A stretch of DNA of 64,000 bases from the human T2T-CHM13v2.0 reference genome, Homo sapiens. A model generated the notes under the pieces. The model searched no databases. It had not been told where the DNA came from and saw only the letters and a list, made by a program, of their open reading frames with translations. A program made the position numbers and the translations under genes. Positions 1 to 13,239 of the stretch are shown here, piece by piece (position 1 is the stretch's first letter; each line of letters begins with the position of its first letter). The DNA lies in assembly GCF_009914755.1 (NCBI RefSeq), contig NC_060926.1, one strand, 5' to 3'.

Positions 1-1740
1 CTCTTGGGATGCTTTTCTAGCCTCCCAAACCAAAATGGCAACAAAACCAGACAGAGGTCAACCCCAGCCCCAGTCCTCAGTGCCCAGTCAGGGGGCATTG
101 ATAGCGGAGTGACCAGCAAGGGGAGGCAGCAGCTGCCTGGGTCCTCAGGGCACCCTGGTGGGTGGGAGTGAGGGTGGGGCCAGTCCAGCCTAGGATGGGC
201 AGCAGCAAGGTCTCCCAGGGGGTGGTTTATCTCCCTCTGTCTCCCCGTGGTAGTAAACGGAGTTCCCTGCAGCCAGTCAGAGGCCCACCTGAGGAGGGAG
301 TGCAGCCTCTGCCAGTGTTCTTCCCTGTCAGGAGCCAGTTAATGGTCACCCCCAGGCCTCAGGCCATCACCATCGTGGGTAGTTCCTCATCCTTTCTGGA
401 CCTGGGGTCCCTGGGCCACATGGCACTTGCATGTGCTCACACACTTGTATACACACATGCACTCACACAGGCAATTCCTCACAAACACTCTGACTCAACA
501 AAGCGAGTTTTAAAGTGGAGTTAACTTCAGAGAGAGGTGAAGATGATATCCCAACATTAGAAGGTTTTCCTGTGGATAGATCAGGCACCGTCTTCCTCAT
601 ATTCCTTCTTGGAGACCCACATCTTCTTAAAGGTGTCATGGAGGCAAGGATAGAGCCCTCAATCCACGTGGAATACAGTCTCTCCTGAGGTGCAAATATC
701 CTGATCTTCACTTCACTCAGTAGCCTGTCACCAAAACCTTTGAACAAGGTAGAGCCTCCCAAGAGGACGATGTTGGAGAAAAGTGTGAACTGCAGGTCCA
801 TGTCTGACTTCTGGATGGCGAACACCAGGACCTTGTGGATGCCTTCACTCTCCTCCCTGATCAAGTCTGGCCTGAAGAGCAGCTCAGGGGCCCGGAATTG
901 GGAAGGACCAATCTCAATGGTGCTGCCATCAGGCAGGTAGTACTGAGCCTTCTCTGTCTCTAGTGTCTCTTCCTTCTGGGGGTTTATGGATAGGTAGGAG
1001 GGTCTTTCTTTTATGGCCTTGACAATCTCAAACTCAAAGGATGAGTGGAAATCTCAAACGATGAGTGGAAATCATAGCCCTCCTTATGCAGGTAGAGGTG
1101 CAGGAAGCGAGAGATGTTCCAGCTTGCGATGTCAATTCGCATGATGGAGTGGGGCATGGCAAAGCCCTGATAGATGGGCACAGCATGGGTGATGCCATCC
1201 CCAGAATCCAGCACCACCCCCGTGGTCCTGCCTGTGGCATAAAGGCTGAGCACAGCTTACATGGAGATGAAAATAGCAGGCACATTGAAGCTCTTGAAGA
1301 AAACGTTGGCAGCTCATTCCTGGTGTCTTTGTGGGTTTAAAGGTGCCTCAGTGAGGAGCACGAGATGCTCCTCTGAGAAAGTCTGCAGCTGGTCCTTAGA
1401 ATAGACATATTGCCAGATGTGTTCCATGTCGTTCCAGTCCTTGACAATGCCATGCTCCGTGAGATAGCAGATTGAGAGCAGCCCTTGGTGCTCCTTGGCT
1501 TTGAAGCCAATGAAGATGTCACCTTCAAGGGCTCCTGCCATGATACGAATATGCATGGGTAGGCCCACATACTTTGGAAAGCAGTATTTGTGGATCTGAT
1601 CACCAGCAAAACCAGCTTTAATCACACCAGATTCATTGTCGATCATGACAGGCTGGTTGGTGATTGTATCGTAAGACTCCACGGCAGAGGAATCTCTCCT
1701 GGGGAAGGAACTACCAGTTGGGTCTGCCGCTAGTGCCATT
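1..1740 (-). pseudogene. ACTR1AP1: Processed pseudogene of ACTR1A (Arp1/alpha-centractin, dynactin), antisense within NPHP1 intron 2; CDS-homologous part 557-1682, 3'UTR copy runs off the window start
   Basis: Intronless; ORF fragments [48 protein letters not shown] and [13 protein letters not shown] (ACTR1A-type, not ACTR1B). Start ATG changed to GTG (1680-1682), frameshifts, stop TAA at 557-559. Symbol from memory. Confidence 0.93.
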
Positions 1741-1741
1741 C

Positions 1742-4700
1742 ATGAATTTCTTAATCTTGAGTTCTAATTTGATTGCATTTTGGTCTGTTTGTTATAATTT
1801 CAGTTCTTTTTCATTTGCTGAGGAATATTTTATTTCCGATTACTTGATCAATTTTAGAGTAAGTGCCTTGTGGTGATGAGTAGAATGCATATTTTGTTGT
1901 TTTTGGGTGGAGAGTTCTGTAGATATCTATTAGGTTCACTTGATCCAGAGCTGAGTTCAGGTCCTGAATATCTTTATCAATTTTCTGTGTGGATGACCTG
2001 CCTAATATTGTCAGTGGGGTATTAAAGTCTCCCACTATTATTGTATGGGAGTCCAAGTCACTTTGAAAATCATAAGAACTTGCTGTATGAATCTGGGTTG
2101 CCGAGACCAGCTCGGTCATGGAGACCCTAACCCAGCGGCGCTAGAGGAATTAAAGACACACACACAGAAATATAGTGTGTGGAGTGGGAAATCAGGGGTC
2201 TCACAGCTTTCAGAGCTGAGAGCATTGAACAGAGATTTACCCACATATTTATTGACAGCAAGCCAGTGATAAGTATTGTTTCTATAGATTATAGATTTAC
2301 TAAAAGTATTCCTTACGGGAAATAAAGGGATGGGCCGAAATAAAGGGGAGGTTCTGGCTAGTTATCTGCAACAGGAACATGTCCTTAAGGCACAGATCGC
2401 TCATGCTATTGTTTGTGGTTCAGGAATGCCTTTAAGCAGTTTTCCGCCCTGGGTGGGCCAGGTGTTCCTTTCCCTCATTCTGGTAAACCCACAACCTTCA
2501 CCATGGGCATCATGGCCATCATGAACATGTCACAGTGCTGCAGAGATTTTGTTTATGGCCAGTTTTGGGGCCAGTTTATGGCCAGATTTCGGGGTCTCTT
2601 CCCAACATGGGTGCTCTTTTTTTGGGTGCATATGTATTTAGGATAGCTCTTCTTGTTGAATTGAACCTTTTACCATTGTGTAATGCCCTTCTTTGTCTTT
2701 TTTTTATCTTTATTGGCTTAAAGTCTGTTTTGTCAGAAGCTAGAATTGCAACCCCTGCTTTTTTCTGTTTTCCATTTGCTTGGTAAATTTTCCTCCATCC
2801 CTTTATTTTGAACCTATGTGTGTCTTTGCAAATGACGTGGATCTCTTGAAGACAGCATACCGATGGATCTTGACTCTTTATCCAGCTTGCCATTCTGTGT
2901 CTTTTTAATTGGGGCATTTAACCCACTTACATTTAAGGTTAGTATTGTTTTGTGTGAGTTTGATCCTATCATCATTATTCTAGCTGGTTATTTTGCAGAT
3001 TTGTTTATGTGGTTGCTTCATAGTGTCACTGGTCTGTGTACTTCAGTGTGTTTTTATAGTGGGTGGTATCAATTTCTCCTTTCCGTATTTAGTCCTTCCT
3101 TCAGGAGCTCTTGCAGGGCAGGCCTGGTGGTGACAAATTCCCTAAGCATTTGCTTGGTCTGAAAAGGATCTTATTTCTCCTTCATGTATGAAGCTTAGTT
3201 TGGCCGGATTTGAAATTCTGGGTTGGAAATTTCTTTTCTTTAAGAATGATGAATATTGGTCCCCAGTCTCTGCTGGCTTATAGGGTTTGGGTTTCCACTG
3301 AGAGGTATGCTGTTAGTCTGATGAGCTTCCTTTTGTAGGTGAGCTGGCCTTTCTCTCTGGCTGCCTTTAACTTTTTTTTTTTTCATTTTGACCTTGAAGA
3401 ATCATGATTATGTGTGTTGGGGTTGATCTTCTCATGGAGTACCTTACTGGGGTTCTCTGGATTTCCTGAATTTGAATGTTGGCTTGTCTTGCTAGGTTGG
3501 GGGAATTCTTCTGTATGATATTCTAAAGTATGTTTTTCAACGTGGTTCCATTTTTCCTGTCTTTTTTAGGTACCCCAATAAGTCACGGGTTTGGTCTGTA
3601 TACATAATCCCATATTTCTCTAAGGTTTTGTTCATTCATTTTCATTCTTTTTTCCCTATTCTTGTCTGCCTGTCTTAATTCAGAAACATAATCTTCAAGC
3701 TCTGAGATTCTTTCCTCTGCCTTGTCTATTCTGCTATTGATACTTGTGATTGCATTATAAAGTTCTTGTGTTTTTCACCTCTATCAGGTCAGTTATGTTC
3801 CTCTCTTAATTGGCTGTTCTGGCTATCAGCTCCTGTATTGGTTTATCATGATTCTTAGCTTCTTTGCAGTGGGTTTCAACATACTCCTTTAACTCAACAA
3901 AGTTTTTTATTACCCACTTTCTGAAGCCTCCTTCTGTAAGTTCAGCCATCTCAGCATCATCCCACTTCTGTGCCCTTGCTGGAGTGGTGTTGTGGTCATT
4001 TGGAGCAGAAGAGGCACTCTGGCTTTTTGAGTTTTCAGCATTTTGTGTCAATTATTTCTCATCTTTGTGGGCTTATTTGCCTTTGATCTTTGAGGTTGCT
4101 GACCTTTAAATAGGATTTTTGTTGGGTTTTTATTGTTGATGTTGTTGTTGTTGTTTTCTGTTTGTTTTTCTTTTAACAGTCAGGACACTCTACTGTAGTG
4201 TTGCTGTGGTTTGCTGTACCCCAGACCCTAATTGCCTCAGTTTTTCCCATACCTGGAAGTATCACCAGTGAAGGCTGCAAAACAGCAAATATGGCAGCCA
4301 GCTCCTTCCTCTGGAAGCTCTGTCCCAGGAGAGTACTGATTTGTTGCCAGCCCAAACGCACTTTGTAGGAGGTGGCTGGAAACCCCTTTTGGGAGGTCTC
4401 ACCCAGTCAGGTGGAATGGGATTACAGACCCACTTAAAGAAGCAGTCTGGCTGCTTTTTGGTAGAGCACATATGATACATTAGGAGGGGACTCTTTCTTC
4501 TGGACCATTTGTATTCTCCAAAGCCAGCAGGCTAGAATGGCTAAGTCTACTGAACCCCAGAGATAGCAGCCACCCCTGCCCCGGTAACTTGGAACTGCCT
4601 CAGAAAGATTCCAGACTGCTTTGGTTGGCTGGCTGGAATTCCAAGCCAGTGGGTCTTAACTTGTGAGTTGCCATGGAAGTGGGGGCCATGGAAGTGGGGC

Positions 4701-5212
4701 CCACGGAACAATGCTGCTTGGCTCCCTGGATTCAGCTCCCTTTCTAGGGATATATACAGATGGATATCCCCCCTTGCTGGGGATCTTGGGGCCAGAGTAT
4801 ATAAAATTCCTGGGTCACTGTATGTGCCTGAGCAGCTGCTCTGCTGAGACACCACACAGTTCTGTGTATTGGACCCAAGGCCCTGGTGGCATGAACTCAG
4901 GAGATCTCCTGATCTGTGGGTTGCAGAGATCCGTGGGAGAAACATGGTTTTCTGGGCAGGGTTGCATGGTCACTCACCACTTCTCTTGGTTGGGGATGGG
5001 GGTTCCTTTGGCTGCATGCCACTCCCAGGTTGGCTCTTGTTCCCCTTGTTCCCTGGCTTTTCTACATTCTCATGGGTCAAGGTGTTTGCCTTGTCAGTCT
5101 CAATGTGAGAACCTGGATATTTCAGTTTAAAGTGCTGAATTCACTTGCCCTTCTTCATTCCTCTCAGTGAGTGCCATAGACCACAGCTGCTTCTAATTGG
5201 CCATCTTGGATC
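1742..5212 (-). mobile_element. Old primate L1 (L1PA/L1P, roughly L1PA11-16 age): 5'UTR, degraded ORF1 and endonuclease part of ORF2, interrupted by MER9
   Basis: ORF2 EN peptides (WIKSQDPSVCCLQE, TIIVGDFNTPL), ORF1-like peptide at 3806-4051, L1 5' terminus motif CCAAGATGGCC on the - strand near 5199-5209. Confidence 0.88.
2099..2607 (-). mobile_element. MER9 solo LTR (HERV-K9/HML-3) inserted into L1 ORF2
   Basis: TG...CA termini, 5-bp TSD TGGGT (2094-2098 / 2608-2612); minus strand starts TGTTGGGA...ATCTGGCCATAAACTGGCCCCAAAACTGGCCATAAAC as in MER9; the L1 sequence rejoins across it. Confidence 0.88.
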
Positions 5213-6053
5213 AACGTTGTTATTCCCTTTTTCACTGCTTATTTCATTTCACTCACATCTATAAGCAAAAAAAAAAAAAAAAAAAAAAAGACTCAAACGG
5301 CATAAAAAAGTGACTTTTGTAGGTTATTGTTTAGTAAAGCATTTGAATTAAAAAAATCTCATCATGAGCTATAGCTCATATTTGGTCATTTTTTGTACTT
5401 CTCATTTGGGTATCTAAGACTTAATGCTGAATTGAGGCATCTGTGGAATAAATAAAACTCTGGACCTGTCTGGACAAGCAAGCTCAAAGCAGGAGTGTGC
5501 TGTGGTGGGAATAGGCCAACTGTGGAATCCTAAACTGCCTTCATATTGTTGCTGTACCATTGAGCAGCTATGTGGACTTGGTACACATAGCTTGAGAAGC
5601 TATGTAGAACTTCTCTTTCTTTAAGTGGAGTGAGGGTTGTTATGAGGCTTAAATGAGGTAATGTTTGTAAACTGCTTAACATGGTTGGCACACAGTAAAC
5701 TTTAGGTACTATTATCAGTTTTGTCTCTGAGGCTAGTTCCTAGGTTTATGGAGTTGTAGAGCTGGAGAAGCATTTTAAAGTCCAGCGTTCTTCCTTATTT
5801 TAGAGAGAGGAAACTGATGCCCAGAGACACTGAAGGTTTCTGAGGCTTGGTTATCATGTCTATGTGTTTTACAGCTTGGCTATGAGGATCATCTGAGCTA
5901 ATAGGTGGAAAAGCATTTATATGTCAGTTTTTTAGTATTGTTCATACAGTGGCTAATTGCCTTGCCTGCTCAACGACTGAATGATTTTATAAAATAGCTT
6001 TCTGGTTCTGATAATAGAAAAATCAATATATTTTCTTTTTTTTCTTAATTTAG

Positions 6054-6114
6054 ATGTATCCAGTTAAAGCAGGCAATAGATGAAAATAAAAATGCTCTTC
6101 AAAAATTAAGCAAA
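6054..6114 (+). CDS. NPHP1: NPHP1 exon 3 (61 nt; CIQLKQAIDENKNALQKLSK, coiled coil)
   Basis: Polypyrimidine tract then TAG| acceptor, AAA|GTAAGT donor; peptide matches nephrocystin-1. Confidence 0.95.
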
Positions 6115-7190
6115 GTAAGTATTGAGGTTAATCACATTATTAAAACATCTCTTCCTATACAAGTATTTTTATTAAGTGGAAGTTAATTCAAGTTGGTAAG
6201 TTCCTGGGTTTACGTTAGTGATATAGTCTAACTGCAGCCAGTGCTGGCTTGCCGAACAGGCTTGCTAAGTCTGTGCTTGGGAGCAAAGCAAAATCCAGGG
6301 CTCCAACTACCGAAAAATGTTCAGCTTTGATGAACTCACCTGCTATTAAGGATTCAGACAATCCTGGAAGGAGCTATTTTTATTTTTGCATTTTGTGAGT
6401 TGTTTTACAGTTTAGAATTATTTTTATTTTAATTTCTTTGTGGGGAAATAATGCATAATCTGGCCCTGAGGGTAAGTGGTAAAGAAGCTTCTTGTATCAA
6501 ATGGCAGCTCTGATATCAATGTCTCTGCAGAAACAAGAGGAACAGGAATTTAACCTTGACAATCCCTTCAGGATTTTTTTTTTTTTTTCACATGAGCCTT
6601 GGCTACAGCTAGATGTCCAGGTCCAGAGACTCATGGAGTCTTTAAAGTGGAAGGCACCTGAAAGTCAGCTCTCCAGCTGTATATTACTCCCCTTTACTGC
6701 ATCTGAGATATGTGGTCACTGAAGAGCTCCTCCAAATTTCTCCAGTGACACAAAACTTTTCAACTTAGACTGTTTGAAAACCTAATTATTTCTGTTTCAC
6801 AGGTGAGGAAATTGAAGCTCTCAGTGGTGAAGCATCCATGCCTCTTCTGTCAATAAGTGGCAGAACTTGGGATTGGTGCCTGTCTCATTGACTTTAAAGC
6901 CGATCTTCTGTCAGAACATATCTCTTACTGACTATGGAAGGTCTATAATACTTAGCAAGAAAATAAAAGAGAAACCTAAAACAAGTGGTATAATTTTATT
7001 TTTTCATTTGGTTTGCATTCCAACACAATTGCCTGTTTCTTTTAAATCTAATTTATTTCCCTAAGATAGGTGTAATGTCACACTGATATTTACTTTGTTA
7101 TATAGCACTTATTGGAATTTTTTGTTGTTCTTTTGAAATTAGGAAACTGAAATTAATTTTTTAGTGAAATAGACCTATATTCTCTCATAG

Positions 7191-7349
<159 letters not shown>

Positions 7350-7669
7350 TAAAGATATATCACCAATAGCTTTAATGTTTAACTCAAAGACATATAGCAG
7401 TATAGATATAAACAAATGACACTAACAATAGAATCAGTCAACATTTATTTATTGTGTATAATAGAAGGTGTTAGATCCCATGAGAGATGGAAAGAAGTGT
7501 AAGTCATAGTCTCTGCCCTCAGGCAATTTATAATTTAGTTGAAACAAAACAGAGATCTGAAAAGCTAAATGAACAAATGTTAGAAAATAAAGATGATATA
7601 TTTAATGTCAATGTTGATGTGTAAAAGGGAAATGATTTGGAATGTCTACTTGCATTGTTCTCCCTTTCA

Positions 7670-7992
<323 letters not shown>

Positions 7993-8076
7993 ATTGAAGT
8001 AGGGACATGCATTGTTTGTCTGCCAGAGTGTATGTTAATAATAGCTTCTGAAAGTTGTAAAGAAGACTTACATATA

Positions 8077-8312
8077 CAAGTTGAGTATTCCTTATCTGAA
8101 ATGCTTGGGATCAGAAGTATCTTCAGTTTTGGATTGTTTTGGATTTTGGAATATTTGCATTGTACTTACTTGTTGAGCATCCCTAATCTGGAAATCTACA
8201 TTTTGAAAGACTCCAATGAGCATTTCCTTGGAGTGTTATTTTGATGCTCCAAAAGTTTCAGATTTAGGAGTATTTCGGATTTTGGATTTTCTGATTAGGG
8301 ATACCCAACCTG
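8077..8312 (+). mobile_element. Tigger4a/MER46-type non-autonomous DNA transposon
   Basis: TIRs CAAGTTGAGTAT.../...ATACCCAACCTG, TA target duplications on both sides. Confidence 0.8.
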
Positions 8313-10539
8313 TACGAACAAACCCAATTTGTGGGAAGCAAAAGAAAAAAATCAGTTATTCAGACTATTTCAGTGTTGTTCTCCAACCTTTATACTGTAT
8401 CCTGGGAAAAAATGCTGAAGGTGGTAGATGCAAGGATCTAGAATTTCCACCGATTCTTAGTACTGAGAATGGCAGAGTAGTTGGTATTGGACTAACCTTC
8501 CCACCATAAATGACTATAAAGTCTGGACAAAATATACAAAGCATCTGTTTGAAGCCACTGAGCATCTACCAAGCAGGGTTGATATTCTTGATATAGGGAG
8601 ACACATGAAGCAAATCCTACATTCACCTAGACCTTTTCCCTGGGAATAATTTATGAGCTGTGGTGGAGGAAGGTAGATTCCAAGCAGGGAATAGTAGTCT
8701 TACTCGACTGAGGAGACAGAGATCACACTTTGGAGCTGCTCAGTTCACTGAGAGTTGTGGAGCAAGGTGCCATAGAGAGAAGGGAGCTGCACAGAAACAA
8801 CTCCAGCAATCTGAAAGGTCTCCTGGGCTGTATAGGGCATGATGCCTGCAAGGCCTGGCAGAAAGTACCTGCTGGGAGACTAAGAGCTTAATGGATTCTG
8901 GTAATCATATAGTCCTGGAAAAACACTGGAGTTTGTACCTAGTTCTAGTAAAGAGACTTGGGAAATGTTTCAGGCATTTAGTAGAGGACACAGAAGGCCC
9001 AGGCCCTAGGAGTAAAGAAAACACCCTGAGAGTAACAACCATGATCTAGGAATAAAGACAAAGCTGAGGTAGGTCTTCTCTAAAAGAGCCTAAAAGCAGA
9101 CCTTATCAGGAACAAGATAATTTAACTGTGTAACATTAAAATAATTTAAAATTTCTTAGAGGAATATAACATAATCCAAAGTCTGTAAGTGAGTCATGTA
9201 ATGTGTCCATCACAGCAACCAGTATAAAAAAAATCAGAAATGCAAAAAAGCAGGGGAAAATACATGATCAATAAGTGACAAGATGGTCACTAAAAACAGA
9301 CCCAGATATGATCCAGATATAGAGTTAGCTGACAAGGACTTCTAAATAAAATGATTAATACAGTAAAGAAAATAGAAGAAAAGATGAATGAAATGGGAAA
9401 TGGGTGTATTTAATTCAAATATAGAAAAATCAAATGAACATTCTATAACTAAAAAATACAATATTTGATAAAGTAATGACTGAGAACTTCCAAAATCTGA
9501 TTCAACATATAGACTCAAAAATCTGGGAAATATATTAAAATCAAGAGAATAAATAATCAGTAGCTCGGAGATGTGAGAATTAGCAAATAACCATAAAACA
9601 ACAATTTTTAATATGTTAAATAATTTATAGGAAAAGATTGATAAGATGAATAGAGCGAAATCTTAAGCAGAGAAATGGGAACTAATAAAGACCAAAATGA
9701 AAATTCTGGAACTAAAAAAATACAATATGTGAAATAAAATTGCTGAGTGGTTTAATAGAAGATTGGATACAACAGAAGAAGGGATCAGTGAACCCAAAGA
9801 CAGCTTAAAAGTTTTTCAAATTGATACACAAAAATAAAAAAATGCAAAGAACAAAACAGAATGTAAGAGAGAGGTGGGACACTGTTAAAAGTTGTAACAG
9901 ATTTGTAATTGAAGTCTCAGAATAAGAGAGAGAATGAAGCACAAGAAATATTTAAAGAGATAGTGACTGAAAATATTTAAAAATTATGATCTAAGAGAGA
10001 TATCAATCCACTGATCCAAGAATCTCAGGGAACCCCAAACAGAATCAATATAAAGAAACCCACACACAGGTACCTCAAACTACCGAAAACCAAAGATAAA
10101 TAGGAGATCTTAAAAGCTGCCAAGGGAAAAAAGGAAACATGTAGAGACAAATGACAGAATTACAGTTGACATCTTATGAGAAAAAATACAGGTCAGAAGA
10201 CAATGCAGTAACAGTAACATCTTGAAAACGTTGAAAGAAGAAACCATCAACTCAGAATTCTGTATCCAGCAAAAGTATAAAAAATTAAAGTGAAATAAAG
10301 ACATTTTCAGGCAAACAAAAGCTGAGAAAATTTGTCAACTGATCTGCAGTATAAGAAATGTTAAAGGAAGTTCTTCAGGCTAGCAGACAATGATCCCACA
10401 TTGAAATTTGGACCTTCAAAAAGGATTGAAGAAGATGGGTACGTGGGTACATATAAAAGCCTATTTTTTCTTTTCTATATGCCTTTGAAAGACACTCAAT
10501 TATGTAAAGCAAAATATATATTTGGGGATTTATAATATC

Positions 10540-11186
10540 CAGTTGATTCTCATTATTTACAGTAGTTATGTTCTATAAAGTTGCCAGGAATACTCGATTA
10601 GTAAATGCTAAACCATTGCTCCTGGGGAAATGCAGACTTAAGACTCCTGTGAGCCTCTGGTCACAATGTTTTTGTCAACTGAGTAACATACAACCTTGTG
10701 TTACTGTTTAAAGACACTTTATTTCATATATTTTATTGATTCATTAACATTGAATTCACACTAACAGCACTATCACTCATGCATGAACAAGTCTTATCTA
10801 ACACACTTATTTTCTCCAGAGGTACATTATAGCCTTCTTGTGCTTAGGAATACCACATGGCTCTTCAGCGCTATGTTTGGGAGCCATTTTAAACAACAAA
10901 ATCACCAAAAAAAAAAAAAAGCACAAAAATGCAAAAACTGTGGCACTAAATAGACTGCAAAAAAGGGACACTTTCCTGTATGAGAGCTGAAAAAAAAAGG
11001 CAGGTGTCACCATGTTCAGCTTCAGTTGGGAATGTGTACGCCAGACAACTCAAATTTTTTGCTGCTTTGTGTATGTCCACAAATGACCACAAAAGCACTG
11101 TGAGTATTAATTAGGAGGTTACAAATAAAGTTTAGTGAGCCAATGAATTCATAAATACAGAATCTGCATGTTACAAGGACTGACTA
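10540..11186 (-). mobile_element. MER82 (Tigger-family) DNA element
   Basis: TIR CAGTTGATTCTCATTATT; the minus-strand remnant MAPKHSAE...PKHKKAIM is the transposase N-terminus typical of MER82. Confidence 0.75.
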
Positions 11187-11931
11187 TATGTAGAAGGAAA
11201 ATGTGACAATAGCACAGCATAGCACAAAGGCTGGCAGGTAAATGGAATTATTTATCTTAAAGTTATTTTATCTTTGGTGAAATGTGATATTTAAATTAGA
11301 CTATGATAAGTTAGGGATGCATATTGTAATACCTAAAACAATCACTAACAAAATAATACAAAGAAGTGTAGCTTGTGAAACAACACAATAAAATGGAATA
11401 CTAAACGTGATTTGATTAACCCAAAAAAGGCAAGAAAGGAGAAATAAACAGATGAGACAAATAGAAACCAAATAGTAATATGGTTTCAATGCAGCCATTT
11501 GGATAGTTACATTAAATGTAAATGGAGTAACACTCCAATTACAACAAAGATTGTCAGATTGAATTTTTTTAACCCAAATATATACTATTTAGAAGAGATA
11601 GACTTTAGTATGCAGTTATAGAGAGAGTGAAAGTAAAGAACTGGAAAAAGGTATTCCATGTTCTACAACAAAGATATTATTTGTTTTATAACCAAAACAA
11701 AGGTGATACGGTTACAATAATATCAGATATTTAAGGCTAAAAGTAATTTACTATTTAAGAAAGGACATTTCATAATGATAAAAGAAAGGGTCGATTCAGT
11801 AGGAAAAAAAATCTTCCTAAATGAGTATACATTTAATAATATGGGTTCAAATGTATAAAGCAAAAGTTGCCAGAACTAAAACAGAGCTAGATAATTCACA
11901 ATCCTTAACCACCGTGATCTAATTACATGTA

Positions 11932-12281
11932 TAGTCAAGCCTTTCTTAGTGATAGGGATATGTTCTGAGAAATGAGTCATTAAGTGATTTCATCATTGTA
12001 CAAACATCATAGAATGTACTTGCACAAACCTAGAAGGTGTAGGTTACCATACACTTGGGTTATATAGTTATAGTATAGCATGTTGCTCCTAGGCTACAAA
12101 CCTGTACAGCATGTTACTGTGCTGAATACTGTACACAATTGTAACACAATGGTGTATTTGTGTATCTAAACATATCCAAAAATAGGAAATGTACAGTAAA
12201 AATATGGTATTATATGTATGGGGCCATCATTGTATATGTGGCCCATTGTTGACTGAAACATTGTTGTGCAGCACATGACTA
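11932..12281 (-). mobile_element. Tigger3a (MER7A/Golem) DNA element
   Basis: Degenerate CAGTCATG-type TIRs; internal GCTCCTAGGCTACAAACCTGTACAGCATGTTACTG. Confidence 0.78.
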
Positions 12282-12501
12282 TATATGTGTAGAACACAGC
12301 ACCTAAGTATGTATTATGTAAATACATATTCTTTTCAGTGCATCTGTAACATTAACCAAAATGAACCATATTGGACCATAAAGTAATTGTCACCAAATTT
12401 CAAGAGTTTGAAATTATGTAGAATATATATATATTTTCTTTGATGACTTGGAATGACATTAAAACCCAATGACAGAAAAATAATTAGAAATCACTGCATG
12501 T

Positions 12502-12796
<295 letters not shown>

Positions 12797-12941
12797 TTAC
12801 TACATGTTTGCAAATTGTCACACACTTCTATATAAACTGTGAGTCAAAGAAAATATAACAGTGGCAATTAGAAAATATTTGGAATGATAATAAAATGACT
12901 GGGTTGCAACCAGCATAGTGCTTAAAGGGAAAATTTCTATC

Positions 12942-13239
12942 TTTTGTTTGTTTGTTTTGGAGACAGGGTCTCCGTTACCCAGACTGGGTATAGTGGTGCA
13001 ATCTTGGCTCACTGCAACGTCCACCTCCCAGGCTCTAGTGATCCTCTCCACCTCCGCCTCCCTGAGTAGCTGAGACTACAGGCGTGTGCCACTACGCTTG
13101 GCAAATTTTTTAAATTTTTTGTAGAGGCAGGGTCTCACTATATTGCTCAGGCTGGTCTTGAACTCATGGGCTTATGCAATCCTCCCACCTCAGCCTCCCA
13201 AAGTTCTGGGATTACAGGTGTGAGCCGCCACACCTGGCC
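12942..13239 (-). mobile_element. Alu (AluJ-like)
   Basis: Reverse Alu with (TTTG)n tail. Confidence 0.9.

Noticed and set aside
162-524. 120-aa + strand ORF
   Set aside because: Antisense read of the ACTR1A 3'UTR copy, GTG start, no recognisable domain.
4547-5170. Cluster of overlapping 79-155 aa ORFs
   Set aside because: Fall within the GC-richer L1 5'UTR; expected by chance.
5267-5289. Orphan A23 run (also T18 at 33123-33140)
   Set aside because: No parent element body or convincing TSD; simple mononucleotide repeats.
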